A DNA stretch of 64,000 nucleotides from Gemmatimonadales bacterium (GCA_037189525.1 JBBCJC010000001.1:768001-832000), one strand, 5' to 3'. Shown: positions 18,536 to 28,259, counted from the stretch's first letter. Program-made: numbers and translations. The notes: generated by a model from the letters alone, not told the origin.

Positions 18536-19657
18536 ATGAGCCGCGTCATCCACAGCCTGTTGGCAACCAGCGCCATTGCTGCAACGGGATGTGGACCCGA
18601 ACCCCTGCCGACGCTTGACCACACCGACCTAACGACCGTACGAGTTGGCACCGTCACCTCGACCGCAGCGGCCGGTTTCGAACTCAAAGGGACGCTCGAG
18701 CGAGGTAGCGGCGTTGCACTCGACGACCATCACATCGCCCTGCTCGATCGAGAGGCCCGACAGGTCGTGATCGTCGACACGAACGGCCAAACCCGGTTTC
18801 GGCTTGGCAAACAAGGATGGGACGAGGGTCAGTTCATGAGCCCCGCGTTCGCCATACGAACCGATTCGGGAGTGGCCGTCTTCGATGCGCTCCGAACCGT
18901 CATGGTCCGATTCGACAACCGGGGTCGCCAGAAGAAAGACACCCCCCAGTTCGATGCGCTCGGCATTCCGACGTGGGGTGGGTTTACCGGGATGGCGCAG
19001 CTATCGGACGGCAGTTGGGTCTATTCTGTGACCGGGACTACGGACGCGGGACATCTGGAGGCACTGTTCCGCAGAACCGAAGGATCCACTCACCTCATCG
19101 CCACCACTCCGCCTGGTCCGGTGCCGCCACTCCGCTTCGAATGCGGCGCCCGATTGATCGCAGGCAGTCGCGTGTTCTGGCCGACCCTGCGCTGGGCGAC
19201 CAACGGCCATCAGGTCGTCTACGCCGCCACCGCCGACGATCGCGTCGCAACCTGGGATGTCAGTACCGGCGACTCTACCGTCATACTCGGCCAGGGCCCC
19301 TCACGACGATCGAGCGAAGAATCCGCGCTTGCCGTTACCGAACCCCTCACGATCCAGACACTCTCTCAACGCTGTGAGATGACCAAAGAAGACGTGGTCA
19401 AACAGCGCGGGATGACCGAGAGAATGCCCGCCATCCGGTCTGTTGCCATCGCCCCCGACGGCACGGTGTGGGTTGCGATGACGACGCTCCCGCCAGAGCC
19501 TTCGTTCATTCGGGTACACGGAACGATCGCAACCGATACGATCGTCGGCGGCACCTTTCCCGATGCATTCCTGACGCCGACGAGATTTCTGGCTGAGCAG
19601 ACGGACACCACCGGACAGACTGCCATCACGATCTGGGAACTACGGCACCGTCCATAG
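18536..19657 (+). CDS. 6-bladed beta-propeller lipoprotein
   Basis: GGAG RBS, ATGC lipobox-like, GKQGWDEGQF, IAPDGTVWV. Confidence 0.75.
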   Translation: MSRVIHSLLATSAIAATGCGPEPLPTLDHTDLTTVRVGTVTSTAAAGFELKGTLERGSGVALDDHHIALLDREARQVVIVDTNGQTRFRLGKQGWDEGQFMSPAFAIRTDSGVAVFDALRTVMVRFDNRGRQKKDTPQFDALGIPTWGGFTGMAQLSDGSWVYSVTGTTDAGHLEALFRRTEGSTHLIATTPPGPVPPLRFECGARLIAGSRVFWPTLRWATNGHQVVYAATADDRVATWDVSTGDSTVILGQGPSRRSSEESALAVTEPLTIQTLSQRCEMTKEDVVKQRGMTERMPAIRSVAIAPDGTVWVAMTTLPPEPSFIRVHGTIATDTIVGGTFPDAFLTPTRFLAEQTDTTGQTAITIWELRHRP

Positions 19658-19680
19658 CTCTCAACCGCGACTCGATCGAT

Positions 19681-20013
19681 TCACGGTTTTGGGACGACGC
19701 GAGGATCGGGGACCACGGGAAGGGATACGAACGACGCATGGACGCCGCCCCGATGGACCGCCTGCTGCGCTACGACCGGTACCGTTCGCTCGAGCACGAC
19801 CGGCACAGGATGAGCGACGGCAGGCCGATACACATCCGCGAACAGCGTCATCCCGTCACGCATTGGGATCGGGACGGCAAACTGGCGAACGATCGAGTCG
19901 GCTGAACCCGCAACCGGCCAACGATTCGGCATCACGGTATCGAGCGCGACGGCACGAGAGCCGGGCAACACAGCAACGAGCATCGAGAGGACAGCTACGA
20001 GGGGTCTGGTCAT
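19681..20013 (-). pseudogene. CocE/NonD family hydrolase remnant (N- and C-termini fused)
   Basis: IPMRDGMTLFADVYRP...PVVLERT joined directly to VAQQAVHRGGVHASFVSLPVVP. Confidence 0.7.
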
Positions 20014-20074
20014 GGAGCTATCCCGCTAAGTAGGCATGAAATCCGGCATGCGAGGCGAGCCCGAAACAGTGCAT

Positions 20075-20635
20075 TCACTGATCCCAGGAATCGTGAAATA
20101 GCTGCGCCGACGCACTGCCCCCTGCCCGCTCCAGGTCCGGTGCCTCGGCCCCTCGTGCCGGATCGACCTGGCAGTAACGTCGATCGAAAAAGAGCAGCGG
20201 ATCGCGGGGCGGAAGTCCCAGATTCCGATCAATCACCTCGACAGTCACGACCAGATGGTCACCGCCCTCGAACGTCGCATCGATCTTGCCACCGAGAACG
20301 AATGCAGCCCCTTCCAGGCGATGCACCTCACCCCACTCGACGAATCGATGCGGAGGTGGCGACGCTGCTTTCCACGAACCGGCAAAGTAGGTAGACAACG
20401 CCTGCTGGTCCGCTCGCAACACGTTGACGGAACAAGGCCGCCCCGGCGTGAGCAACGAGGCCATCCGTGCCTGTTTCCCGACACACAACAGCACCAGGGG
20501 TGGCGACAACGACAGCGACGTGAACGACCCGATCGTCATACCCTGTACCCCGCTGCCATCAGAGATCGCGAGCACCACGACACCCGTCGGGTATTGGCTC
20601 AATGCCTCTCGGAACGCAGCGGGTTCGATCGTCAC
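20075..20635 (-). CDS. hpaC: Flavin reductase (HpaC-like)
   Basis: FREALSQYPTGV, GMTIGSFTSLSLSPP, GGDH; GTGA overlap with NIPSNAP gene. Confidence 0.85.
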   Translation of the reverse strand: MTIEPAAFREALSQYPTGVVVLAISDGSGVQGMTIGSFTSLSLSPPLVLLCVGKQARMASLLTPGRPCSVNVLRADQQALSTYFAGSWKAASPPPHRFVEWGEVHRLEGAAFVLGGKIDATFEGGDHLVVTVEVIDRNLGLPPRDPLLFFDRRYCQVDPARGAEAPDLERAGGSASAQLFHDSWDQ

Positions 20636-20973
20636 AGGGGCTGTCCTCCTTCGAGCAAGGCTTCCATCCGAAAGAACGGCGCGGGATTCATCAATCGTGT
20701 TTCCTGAGTTTCCAGCAATGGATGAATTTTGGCGAGATAGCCGGGCCACCGCGGATCCGCCCGCATCCGTTCGCGGCATTCAGTCCGATGCTCGTAGCTC
20801 CGATAGGCCCAGAGATGAACGACCTGGTTGAGCGGGCCGATCTCCGTCACATAGTATCCGACGCAATGCGGCAGATACTCCCGCTGGATCAGCATACCCT
20901 CCGCCTGATACACCGCGAGATACTCGGCCAACTTGCCCATCTGAAACGTGTATGTGCGCTGCTCGACGATCAT
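20632..20973 (-). CDS. NIPSNAP family protein
   Basis: MIVEQRTY...EIGPLNQVVHLWAY...R...DPRW. Confidence 0.9.
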   Translation of the reverse strand: MIVEQRTYTFQMGKLAEYLAVYQAEGMLIQREYLPHCVGYYVTEIGPLNQVVHLWAYRSYEHRTECRERMRADPRWPGYLAKIHPLLETQETRLMNPAPFFRMEALLEGGQPL

Positions 20974-20976
20974 GCC

Positions 20977-21528
20977 TCACCCTTCCAGAAATGGAGTCTC
21001 GCCTTCGCCCCGAAGGCGGATATCGAATCGAAACATCTCCGCCGCGCCATCCGGTACGAGCATCAGCCGGCTCCGAACGGCCGGATCGATTGCCGCAAGC
21101 TGCGGATCAGCGGCGACGGCCGCCTCATCCGGAAAGAATGCTTCCGTTTCGAGCGGCCGCATCAACCCGGACCCCAGCAAGCGGAAGCACAGGTGCGGCG
21201 CCCGGATCGAACCGCCGGATGTCGCGACGGGTCTTCCCGGCCTCAAGGTCCGAAAATGATAGCATCCGTCCTCGTCCGTCCAGACTCGGCCCCAGCCCCT
21301 GAAACGGTCGGCGGCACCAACGCGCTGGCCGGCCGGATCGACCTGCCACAGTTCGACGATGACGTTGACCACCGGATGCCCTTCGCCGTCGATGATCCGG
21401 CCACGGACTTCGACCACATCACCCTCGACTCGCGTTCCATCCCGCCCGACGGTCAGATCTCCGTCGGTCGGGCCAATGAAGGCCGGCGGAAAGAACGGAC
21501 CCGTCGTATGCCACGCCATGCCCGTCAC
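20977..21528 (-). CDS. pcaG: Protocatechuate 3,4-dioxygenase alpha subunit-like
   Basis: TTGPFF, ELWQ, GWGR, RAPH, FDIRLRGEGETPF. Confidence 0.85.
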   Translation of the reverse strand: MTGMAWHTTGPFFPPAFIGPTDGDLTVGRDGTRVEGDVVEVRGRIIDGEGHPVVNVIVELWQVDPAGQRVGAADRFRGWGRVWTDEDGCYHFRTLRPGRPVATSGGSIRAPHLCFRLLGSGLMRPLETEAFFPDEAAVAADPQLAAIDPAVRSRLMLVPDGAAEMFRFDIRLRGEGETPFLEG

Positions 21529-22241
21529 GGGTGATCGTCCTCCAGCGGAGTCTCACGACTGCCGCCGAGCACGAAGTCATGGGAATAACCGAGCGCGCCG
21601 TCCGCTGTCGAAAGGTCCGGATCGAAGGCGGAGACCAATCGAGATCGCGCGCGCTCGTCGCGGATGCTGTTGAGCAGGAGATCGTACGCGTTGAGCGGCT
21701 CGCCCGGGAAATACATCTGAGTCACCAGACGTTTGCCGAACCCGTCGCCGAAGATCGAGAAATGAATGTGCGGGGGCCGCCACCACCCGGCCAGCTGCCC
21801 ATCACCGTCATAGGGCACTGCGTACCCGCCAGGCTTGATGGTACGCAGCTGATACCGCCCTTCGGCGTCGGTCACGATCCGGCCGACCCCTTCGAAATTG
21901 GGATCCACCGGCACCGGCGACGGATCGGCCGGGTGAATGTATTTGCCCGCCGAGTTGGCCTGCCAACACTCGAGCAACGCGTGACGGATCGGCCGGCCGG
22001 CTTCGTCCACGATACGCCCGGTCACCACGATCAGCTGACCAAGCGCGCGCGGCCTGCCAGGCGAGATAACCGACAGATCGCAGGTGGGCGGAAACGTCAC
22101 CAGCTCCGCTCCAAACGAGGCCGGCACCTCTACTGGCGCCACGCGCGGCCACGAGGGCGCCAACGGAGATCGTAACAGACTCTTCCGATAGCCGGGCACA
22201 TGGCGCGGCGGCTGGGTGGCGTCGCTCTGGTCGACCGTCAT
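21525..22241 (-). CDS. pcaH: Protocatechuate 3,4-dioxygenase beta subunit-like
   Basis: YRKSLLRSP, WQANSAGKY, DPNFEG, IKPGGY, WRPPHIHFS, RLVTQMYF; 2 Tyr + 2 His iron ligands present. Confidence 0.9.
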   Translation of the reverse strand: MTVDQSDATQPPRHVPGYRKSLLRSPLAPSWPRVAPVEVPASFGAELVTFPPTCDLSVISPGRPRALGQLIVVTGRIVDEAGRPIRHALLECWQANSAGKYIHPADPSPVPVDPNFEGVGRIVTDAEGRYQLRTIKPGGYAVPYDGDGQLAGWWRPPHIHFSIFGDGFGKRLVTQMYFPGEPLNAYDLLLNSIRDERARSRLVSAFDPDLSTADGALGYSHDFVLGGSRETPLEDDHP

Positions 22242-23407
22242 ACCACTTCCTTCTCCTGAAGCGCCAGACCGGCGACTCGGGTTCGATCGAGCTCGACGCC
22301 GAGCCCTGGGCCCGAGGGTACGGCCATGGCACCATCCCGAATAGCCAAGGCTCCGGTCACGACATCCTCACCAAGCACGTGGTGTCCGCAATCATTGGCG
22401 CGCTGGATCCCGGGAAACGCCGCCGTGAGGTGGAGATTCGCGGCTGTTCCAATACCGGTTTCGAAGAGACTGTGAATCGCGACCTCGAACCCAAGTGGCT
22501 CCGCAGCATGGACCAGCGCGCGGAACCGGCTCACTCCTCCCCAGAGATACAGGTCGGCCAGAATCACGTCGACCGGCCTGCTGTGTACCGCGGCTGCCAG
22601 ATGATCTGGCTGAATGATGCACATATTGGTGGCCACCGGCGTTCGCACCTGGCTGCGCAGGCGGGCGAGTCCGGCCTGATCGTCGGTCGGATCCTCGAAG
22701 AACTCGAGACCCAAATCATCCATGGACCGACAGAGCGCAATCGCCTCTGCAGGGGGATAGCCGGCATTGGGATCGAACCTGAGCGCGGCCTCGGGCAGAC
22801 GCTCGCGAAGCGCCGACATGACGGCCCGATCGAAGGCGGGACTGACGGCCGCACTCTTGTACTTGAAGCAACGAAACCCATACTGATCGGACTGGCGAAC
22901 GGCATACTCGACAACGGCATCGATCCGACCGAGATCGCCGAACAGCCGAGTCACCTCGGCCCTGGACAACGGATGGTCGAGCATCAGCGCAGGAAGCGGA
23001 CAAACCAGATCGACCGGCCCCCGTCGACCGGCACCGAGCATCCCACCCAGCGATACGCCGGCCATCCGGGCGCTCAGATCCCACAATGCGAGATCGAGTC
23101 CGCCTGAAACCGACCACCCGGTCCGGCCGAATCGATTGTCGAACACCGAACGAGCGTAGCGGCGTTCGACGACTCGGCGCTCGATCGGGTCTACGCCGAT
23201 CAGTCCTACCGCCAGCTGAGCGGCCAGATGAAAAGCTTCGGCTGTGCCGTGGGCCTCTCCATAGCCGCAGAACTCGCCATCGCTGGTTTCGACTTCGATG
23301 ACCGTCCGCAGGGTATCCTGCATCACGTACATCGAGCTCAGATAAACCATCCGGAGCGGAATCCGCACCTGCCACAGGCGGACACGACCGATCCGTCGGG
23401 AACTCAT
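22238..23407 (-). CDS. Enolase superfamily, glucarate dehydratase-like subgroup
   Basis: KYK, DPN, EDP, ATNM (Asn as third metal ligand), IHS, PSGPGLGVELD. Confidence 0.85.
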   Translation of the reverse strand: MSSRRIGRVRLWQVRIPLRMVYLSSMYVMQDTLRTVIEVETSDGEFCGYGEAHGTAEAFHLAAQLAVGLIGVDPIERRVVERRYARSVFDNRFGRTGWSVSGGLDLALWDLSARMAGVSLGGMLGAGRRGPVDLVCPLPALMLDHPLSRAEVTRLFGDLGRIDAVVEYAVRQSDQYGFRCFKYKSAAVSPAFDRAVMSALRERLPEAALRFDPNAGYPPAEAIALCRSMDDLGLEFFEDPTDDQAGLARLRSQVRTPVATNMCIIQPDHLAAAVHSRPVDVILADLYLWGGVSRFRALVHAAEPLGFEVAIHSLFETGIGTAANLHLTAAFPGIQRANDCGHHVLGEDVVTGALAIRDGAMAVPSGPGLGVELDRTRVAGLALQEKEVV

Positions 23408-24069
23408 GCCGGCATCCGCCCAACCGAGAATACCGGCTTCTGCCGGTCGGGCGACACGAACTGCGCATCCGACGGCCGGCCGAGCGTGGCCATCGGGAGC
23501 GCCTCCCGCAACGCCACCGCAACCGGCTCGGCCCGGCTGCCGTCCGGGACCTCGATGGCTAGTCCAACCTGCAGGACCCGGCAGAGCGCATCGAGCCGAA
23601 GGAGCGCAGCAACCGACCAGACCCGCGGGTCGAGGCGAAGCCATGCGACATGCGCGCCTTGCAGCCACGCCGCGATCTCATCGAAGCTCGCGTCCTCCAC
23701 GGTATGGCCATCAGCGCCCAGAGTGTCAGGATCGATTATCTGACCGGTACCTCGGACCGAGCCGCCCAACCACTGGCTGAGCGAAACCCCGGCAGCGGCA
23801 GCGGTCAGGGCAGCAAGCCCGTTCTCGACGCCCGAGAAGGCAACCCAATCGAGCCCGCCGGAGACTGGACGGTCAGCCCAACGCCGGCTTTCGGCAACGA
23901 TGGGGCGACCCAGCTGCAGCGTTAGGCGATCGGCGAGGCGGCTAGCCAGCCCGGCATCGTTCCTCGCAACGGATCGACTCTGGTTGCCACGGTCGTCCAC
24001 GAGAAAGACGACGAGTTCGTCACCGACCTCATCCGCCGAGGCATAGACCAGAACGCGATCATCGAGCAC
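23404..24069 (-). CDS. Degenerate enolase-superfamily-like protein
   Basis: AFSGVENGLAALTAAAAGVSLSQWLGGSVR resembles the capping-domain helix; no KxK or metal ligands; overlaps both neighbours. Confidence 0.55.
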   Translation of the reverse strand: MLDDRVLVYASADEVGDELVVFLVDDRGNQSRSVARNDAGLASRLADRLTLQLGRPIVAESRRWADRPVSGGLDWVAFSGVENGLAALTAAAAGVSLSQWLGGSVRGTGQIIDPDTLGADGHTVEDASFDEIAAWLQGAHVAWLRLDPRVWSVAALLRLDALCRVLQVGLAIEVPDGSRAEPVAVALREALPMATLGRPSDAQFVSPDRQKPVFSVGRMPA

Positions 24070-24808
24070 GAGGCACCTTGGCCAGATCGAGCACCGATTC
24101 GCCGGCATCGATCCGGGCTATCCGCTTCGCTTCCGCCTGTTCGAGGGACGAAACGAGCTCCGCCACCTGCGCTGCGAGCGCCCGCGGAACGAAGACCACC
24201 CCCGCATCGTCGGCGACGACGAGGTCACCGGGGTGGACCGTGATACCCGAGATCACGACAGCCTGATTGACGGCCATCGTCTCGAGCCGGTACTTCCCCG
24301 TCATCGGACTCGAGCCCCGAGACCAGACCGGATAGCCCAGCTGGCGCAACGAAGCAACATCTCGTACCGCGCCGTCCACAACGGCGCCAAGTTCTCCCTG
24401 GCGGAACCCGATGGCGGCCGAGATGCGTCCCATGCTGGAGATTCCCGGGGCGCCGGCCACGACGAGCACGTCACCCCGGTCGGCTTGATTGTGCGCTTCG
24501 ATATCGGCGAGCCGCACATCACCTTCCTGCACGCGGCGCCGCATGACCTCGGCAGACGGCAGCTCCGCATCACGCACGACATGCCGGACCGTGAGCGCGC
24601 GCCCGACGACGCGACGGCCCGGCATGGTCGGATTCAGTTCGGACGCAGGAACCGCCCCAACGACCCCCAACCCATCGAGCACATCGGACACCGCGCTGGA
24701 GGCGTCATCGATACTGCGGAAGAACGCGAGCACCTCGTCCGGAACCTGCGGCATCGGGCGTGCTCCGATACGATCAGCCGCCAGACGTCCGGTCAGCGAG
24801 CGCGTCAT
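24059..24808 (-). CDS. RraA family protein (HMG/CHA aldolase-like)
   Basis: VSDVLD, GRALTV, GAVVDGAVRD, VHPGDLVVADDAGVVFVP. Confidence 0.88.
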   Translation of the reverse strand: MTRSLTGRLAADRIGARPMPQVPDEVLAFFRSIDDASSAVSDVLDGLGVVGAVPASELNPTMPGRRVVGRALTVRHVVRDAELPSAEVMRRRVQEGDVRLADIEAHNQADRGDVLVVAGAPGISSMGRISAAIGFRQGELGAVVDGAVRDVASLRQLGYPVWSRGSSPMTGKYRLETMAVNQAVVISGITVHPGDLVVADDAGVVFVPRALAAQVAELVSSLEQAEAKRIARIDAGESVLDLAKVPRAR

Positions 24809-24809
24809 C

Positions 24810-25712
24810 TCAACGCCCCACCCCTGGCGCCAGCGGACCGAATCGCTGCTCGGGAAGTCCCACGACTCCGGGCTTCACGGCAAACAGGCCACCGGCCAAC
24901 GGTTGCTCCGCACGTTCCTCCGGCGTCAGCCGCTGCCAGGCCGTCGTGATATAGAGCGTATCGAGCGCCGGACCACCGAAGGCACAGCAGGTTGCGTTGC
25001 GCACCGGCAGCGAGACGATGCGATCGACCGTCCCATCCGGGCGATAGCGCACCACGCGCCCTCCGTTGTACTCGGCGTTCCAGAGGCATCCTTCTGCGTC
25101 GACCGTCGAGCCGTCGGGGCGGCCCGGCCGGCCGGTCAGGTCCACCAGCACCCGATCCGGACCCAGCCTGCCTGCTTCGAGATCGAAATCGAAGACCTGA
25201 ATCTGATAGCGGTAGGTATCGGCGAAATACATCCGGCGCCCGTCCGGACTCCACGCCGTGCTGTTCGGCACCACGATCCCATTGAAGAATCGTTCTACCC
25301 GCCCGTCGGGATCGAGACGATAGAGTGAGCCGGTGGGCGACCGATCGCCCGTATTCATCGTGCCACACCAGAAGCGGCCTGCCCGGTCGACTCGGCCGTC
25401 GTTGAACCGGTGACCGGCCGGGACATCGCCCGGCGACGCCAACCATTTCAGCGTTTCGGTCTCCAGATCCACCAGCCAGAAGGCTGTCTCCAGCGCAGCA
25501 AGCAGCCTATCCTCGCCGGCGACGAACCCGATCGATCCGACCATTTCCGGCATCGGAACCGTCCCGCTCGCTCCGGAAGCCGGCTCGAACCACCAGATCA
25601 GCGGGGCACGGGTATCAACCCAGTAGAGCCGCTGGCGGCGGTCGCACCAGATCGGGCTTTCCCCGAGATGGTTTTCGGCCGGCAACACGCACGTCGCAAT
25701 GAGATCGGTCAT
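24810..25712 (-). CDS. SMP-30/gluconolactonase family lactonase
   Basis: LGESPIW, RFNDG, PNS, PDG, CAFGGPALDTLYIT. Confidence 0.92.
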   Translation of the reverse strand: MTDLIATCVLPAENHLGESPIWCDRRQRLYWVDTRAPLIWWFEPASGASGTVPMPEMVGSIGFVAGEDRLLAALETAFWLVDLETETLKWLASPGDVPAGHRFNDGRVDRAGRFWCGTMNTGDRSPTGSLYRLDPDGRVERFFNGIVVPNSTAWSPDGRRMYFADTYRYQIQVFDFDLEAGRLGPDRVLVDLTGRPGRPDGSTVDAEGCLWNAEYNGGRVVRYRPDGTVDRIVSLPVRNATCCAFGGPALDTLYITTAWQRLTPEERAEQPLAGGLFAVKPGVVGLPEQRFGPLAPGVGR

Positions 25713-26686
25713 CCCTGATACACCACGTTGAGGAGCGGTTCGCCTCGCGCGAGCCGATCGAGATTCGACGCAATAGTCGCCCAGCGGCGATTCACCATCC
25801 CGATCGTCCAGGCGGAGGAATGTGGCGTCATATAGACATTGGACAGCTCGTGAAATGGATGGCGCGACGGGCGAACATCCGCAACGTCGGGGGTCGGATA
25901 CTGATACCATGCGTCGAGCACCGCGCCCCCGATCCGCCTGGACGAGAGGGCATCGAACAGAGCATCCTCATCGACGATCTGACCTCGGGCCACGTTGATC
26001 ACCACGGCGGTCGGCCGCAGCAGGGCAAGTTCCCGCGCTCCGATCATCCCGATCGTTTCGGGGGTCAGTGCCGCCGTCACGACCAGAAAGTCGACCTGCC
26101 CCAGGAATTCGTCCAAACGTCCGACACCGCCGAACCAGTCGACTCCAGGTGGCAACGGCCGCTCCGTGCGGCTGCACACCATCACAGTCGTGTCCATCGC
26201 CTTCGCGCGCGGCACGATCGCCTCGGCGATGTGTCCAAACCCCAGGATTCCGACGGTCTTCCCGGCGAGTTCGTCCTGATAGGGCCCGGCGGTCCGGCCG
26301 CCGAGTCGCCAGGATCCTTCGATCCGGAAAGAGCGCTCGGCCTCCATGAAGCGCGAACACCATTGCAGCATTGCCAGCACGACGTACTCAGCAATCGGCA
26401 CTTCGTGGCCGAAGGCGTTGCACACCTTGCACCCGGGCGGCAGATACTCCAGATCGACCGCATCGTAGCCGGCCCCGCCCACCTGGAGCAGCTCGAGATC
26501 CGGTGCCGGCGGCATCGAGCGATCATAGCGCATCGTAATCGCGGCCCGCACCCCGACCAGCTCGGCTTCGACCGCGCGATACGGCGTATCGTCCGGCAGC
26601 GGCACGAACTCGATTGGCGCCGTTACCAGACCCTCGAGTCGCTCCTGCTGCGCCGTGGCCAACGAACCGAGCAGGGCAACCTTCAC
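25709..26686 (-). CDS. D-2-hydroxyacid dehydrogenase
   Basis: GILGFGHI, INVARG, VDE, TPHSS. Confidence 0.92.
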   Translation of the reverse strand: MKVALLGSLATAQQERLEGLVTAPIEFVPLPDDTPYRAVEAELVGVRAAITMRYDRSMPPAPDLELLQVGGAGYDAVDLEYLPPGCKVCNAFGHEVPIAEYVVLAMLQWCSRFMEAERSFRIEGSWRLGGRTAGPYQDELAGKTVGILGFGHIAEAIVPRAKAMDTTVMVCSRTERPLPPGVDWFGGVGRLDEFLGQVDFLVVTAALTPETIGMIGARELALLRPTAVVINVARGQIVDEDALFDALSSRRIGGAVLDAWYQYPTPDVADVRPSRHPFHELSNVYMTPHSSAWTIGMVNRRWATIASNLDRLARGEPLLNVVYQG

Positions 26687-28167
26687 TCCAGATCGCCGTC
26701 CGTCGCGGCGCGGGCCAGGAACTGGCGAACCTTATCCATATACATGGTCCGATCGTGGCTGTTGACCAGCGCCCCCGCCATCCGAACCGGGTCGCCGAAG
26801 AAGTACCGTTCGTAGAGCACCTGCCGCGTCCCGAAGGCCGAGATGGCCGTATCCCACGCCAGACGGAACAAGGGGATGCGGTCCAGCGCATCGAGGCGTG
26901 CTGCCTGAAAGTAACGCTTTACATCCTCGATCAGCGGCCCGTTGACGTCGGCTTCCGTCGGCATGGCAACCAGCCCCGCGGCGCCCAACTGCTGAATGAT
27001 TTCGATCATGCGCGGGTAGAGCCGCGGATAGAGATTCCGAGCCGCATCGAGCGGATCCCACGCAGGACGCATCACGCCGTACTCGTCGAGCGCAGCCCCC
27101 GCCTCCGCCGCAACCCGAAAGGCCCGCATCGTTTCCAGATTGACCCAAATCTCGGCCAGCTTTTCCTGGACGTGCTGAAACTGCTCGATGGCAATGGCAT
27201 CGATCATCATCGACGCGAGCCCGAGGAGATACTCGGTCTTGGCGATGTTCTTGATCAGCACCTGATGAGCCATGTTGGCCAGCGCGCCCGTTTTCTGGTA
27301 GGCGGCATTGCAACGCGCCACATCGCGGTAGAGAAAGACCCGTTCCCACGGCACGAACACGTCGTCGAAGATCACGACGGCATCCATCTCCTCGAAGCGC
27401 GAGGCGAGGGGATGATCGAAATGCGACCGGCCATGATCGACGGTTTCGCGGCAGAGGAACCGCAACCCCGGGGTATCCGTGGGGATCGAGAGGGCGTAGG
27501 CGTAGCGCTGGTCTTCTTCGGTGTTTCTGAGAAAGGTCGACGGAAACACCATGATCTCGTCGGCCACCGGCAGCGTGGCGAGCATCCGGCAGCCGCGCAC
27601 GACGATGCCGGCGTCGTTCTCGTCCTTCACCTTGGCGGCCAGGAACGGGTCGGCCTGCATCGCGGCGTGTACCGAGCGATTGGCCTGCGGGCTGCTGAGG
27701 GTGTGCGTCAGGCAGAGATCGTGGTCACGGATGTAGGCGTGATAGGCCCGGATATTCTCGCCGAAGCGCGGCTCGGCCTCACCCAGAAACGCGGCGCCTG
27801 CTGCGTATCCGGAAATCGACCGATTGATGTAGTCGGGCAGCCGTCCCATCATGCCCAGCGTCGCCCCGGTCCAGTGCGCCATCGACCGCCCGACCGCCCT
27901 CAGGTCCTCCGCGGTGGTCGGGTTCTGAAAGGAGCGCCCGACCCGAAACGGTCCGCCGGGCGAATCGAACAGCGTCAGCGCAGGCTCCTGCCACTGGAGA
28001 TCGTAGAGACGGGCCAGGGTTTTGATCCCTCCGGCAAAGCCGGGGGAAGTTGTAGGATCATTTATCCGCTCCCCGCGATGCCAGAGAGCAGGAGTCCTAT
28101 CCTTAAGTCGTTCAATGACTTGAGACCCTCGTCGCGCTCCGGAAGGAGACTGGGAGCTCATTTTCAT
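26683..28167 (-). CDS. hpaB: 4-hydroxyphenylacetate 3-monooxygenase-like oxygenase component (FADH2-dependent)
   Basis: MMGRLPDY, PQANRS, FDHPLASRFEEMDA, VPWERVF, RQVLYERYFFGDP; start may be 28161. Confidence 0.92.
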   Translation of the reverse strand: MKMSSQSPSGARRGSQVIERLKDRTPALWHRGERINDPTTSPGFAGGIKTLARLYDLQWQEPALTLFDSPGGPFRVGRSFQNPTTAEDLRAVGRSMAHWTGATLGMMGRLPDYINRSISGYAAGAAFLGEAEPRFGENIRAYHAYIRDHDLCLTHTLSSPQANRSVHAAMQADPFLAAKVKDENDAGIVVRGCRMLATLPVADEIMVFPSTFLRNTEEDQRYAYALSIPTDTPGLRFLCRETVDHGRSHFDHPLASRFEEMDAVVIFDDVFVPWERVFLYRDVARCNAAYQKTGALANMAHQVLIKNIAKTEYLLGLASMMIDAIAIEQFQHVQEKLAEIWVNLETMRAFRVAAEAGAALDEYGVMRPAWDPLDAARNLYPRLYPRMIEIIQQLGAAGLVAMPTEADVNGPLIEDVKRYFQAARLDALDRIPLFRLAWDTAISAFGTRQVLYERYFFGDPVRMAGALVNSHDRTMYMDKVRQFLARAATDGDLE

Positions 28168-28170
28168 GCC

Positions 28171-28189
28171 TTGATTGTTGAACAATTAA
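28171..28189. promoter_or_regulatory. Palindromic GntR-type operator
   Basis: TTGATTGTTGAACAATTAA (core ATTGTT-G-AACAAT) in an AT-rich gap between hpaB and gntR; half-site ATTGTTCA near 28248. Confidence 0.65.
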
Positions 28190-28259
28190 GATATATTCAT
28201 GAATCCTTCTCGCAAGCCATTGCGTCGACGTTGTTTACTTGGAGAGGATTGTTCATCAG

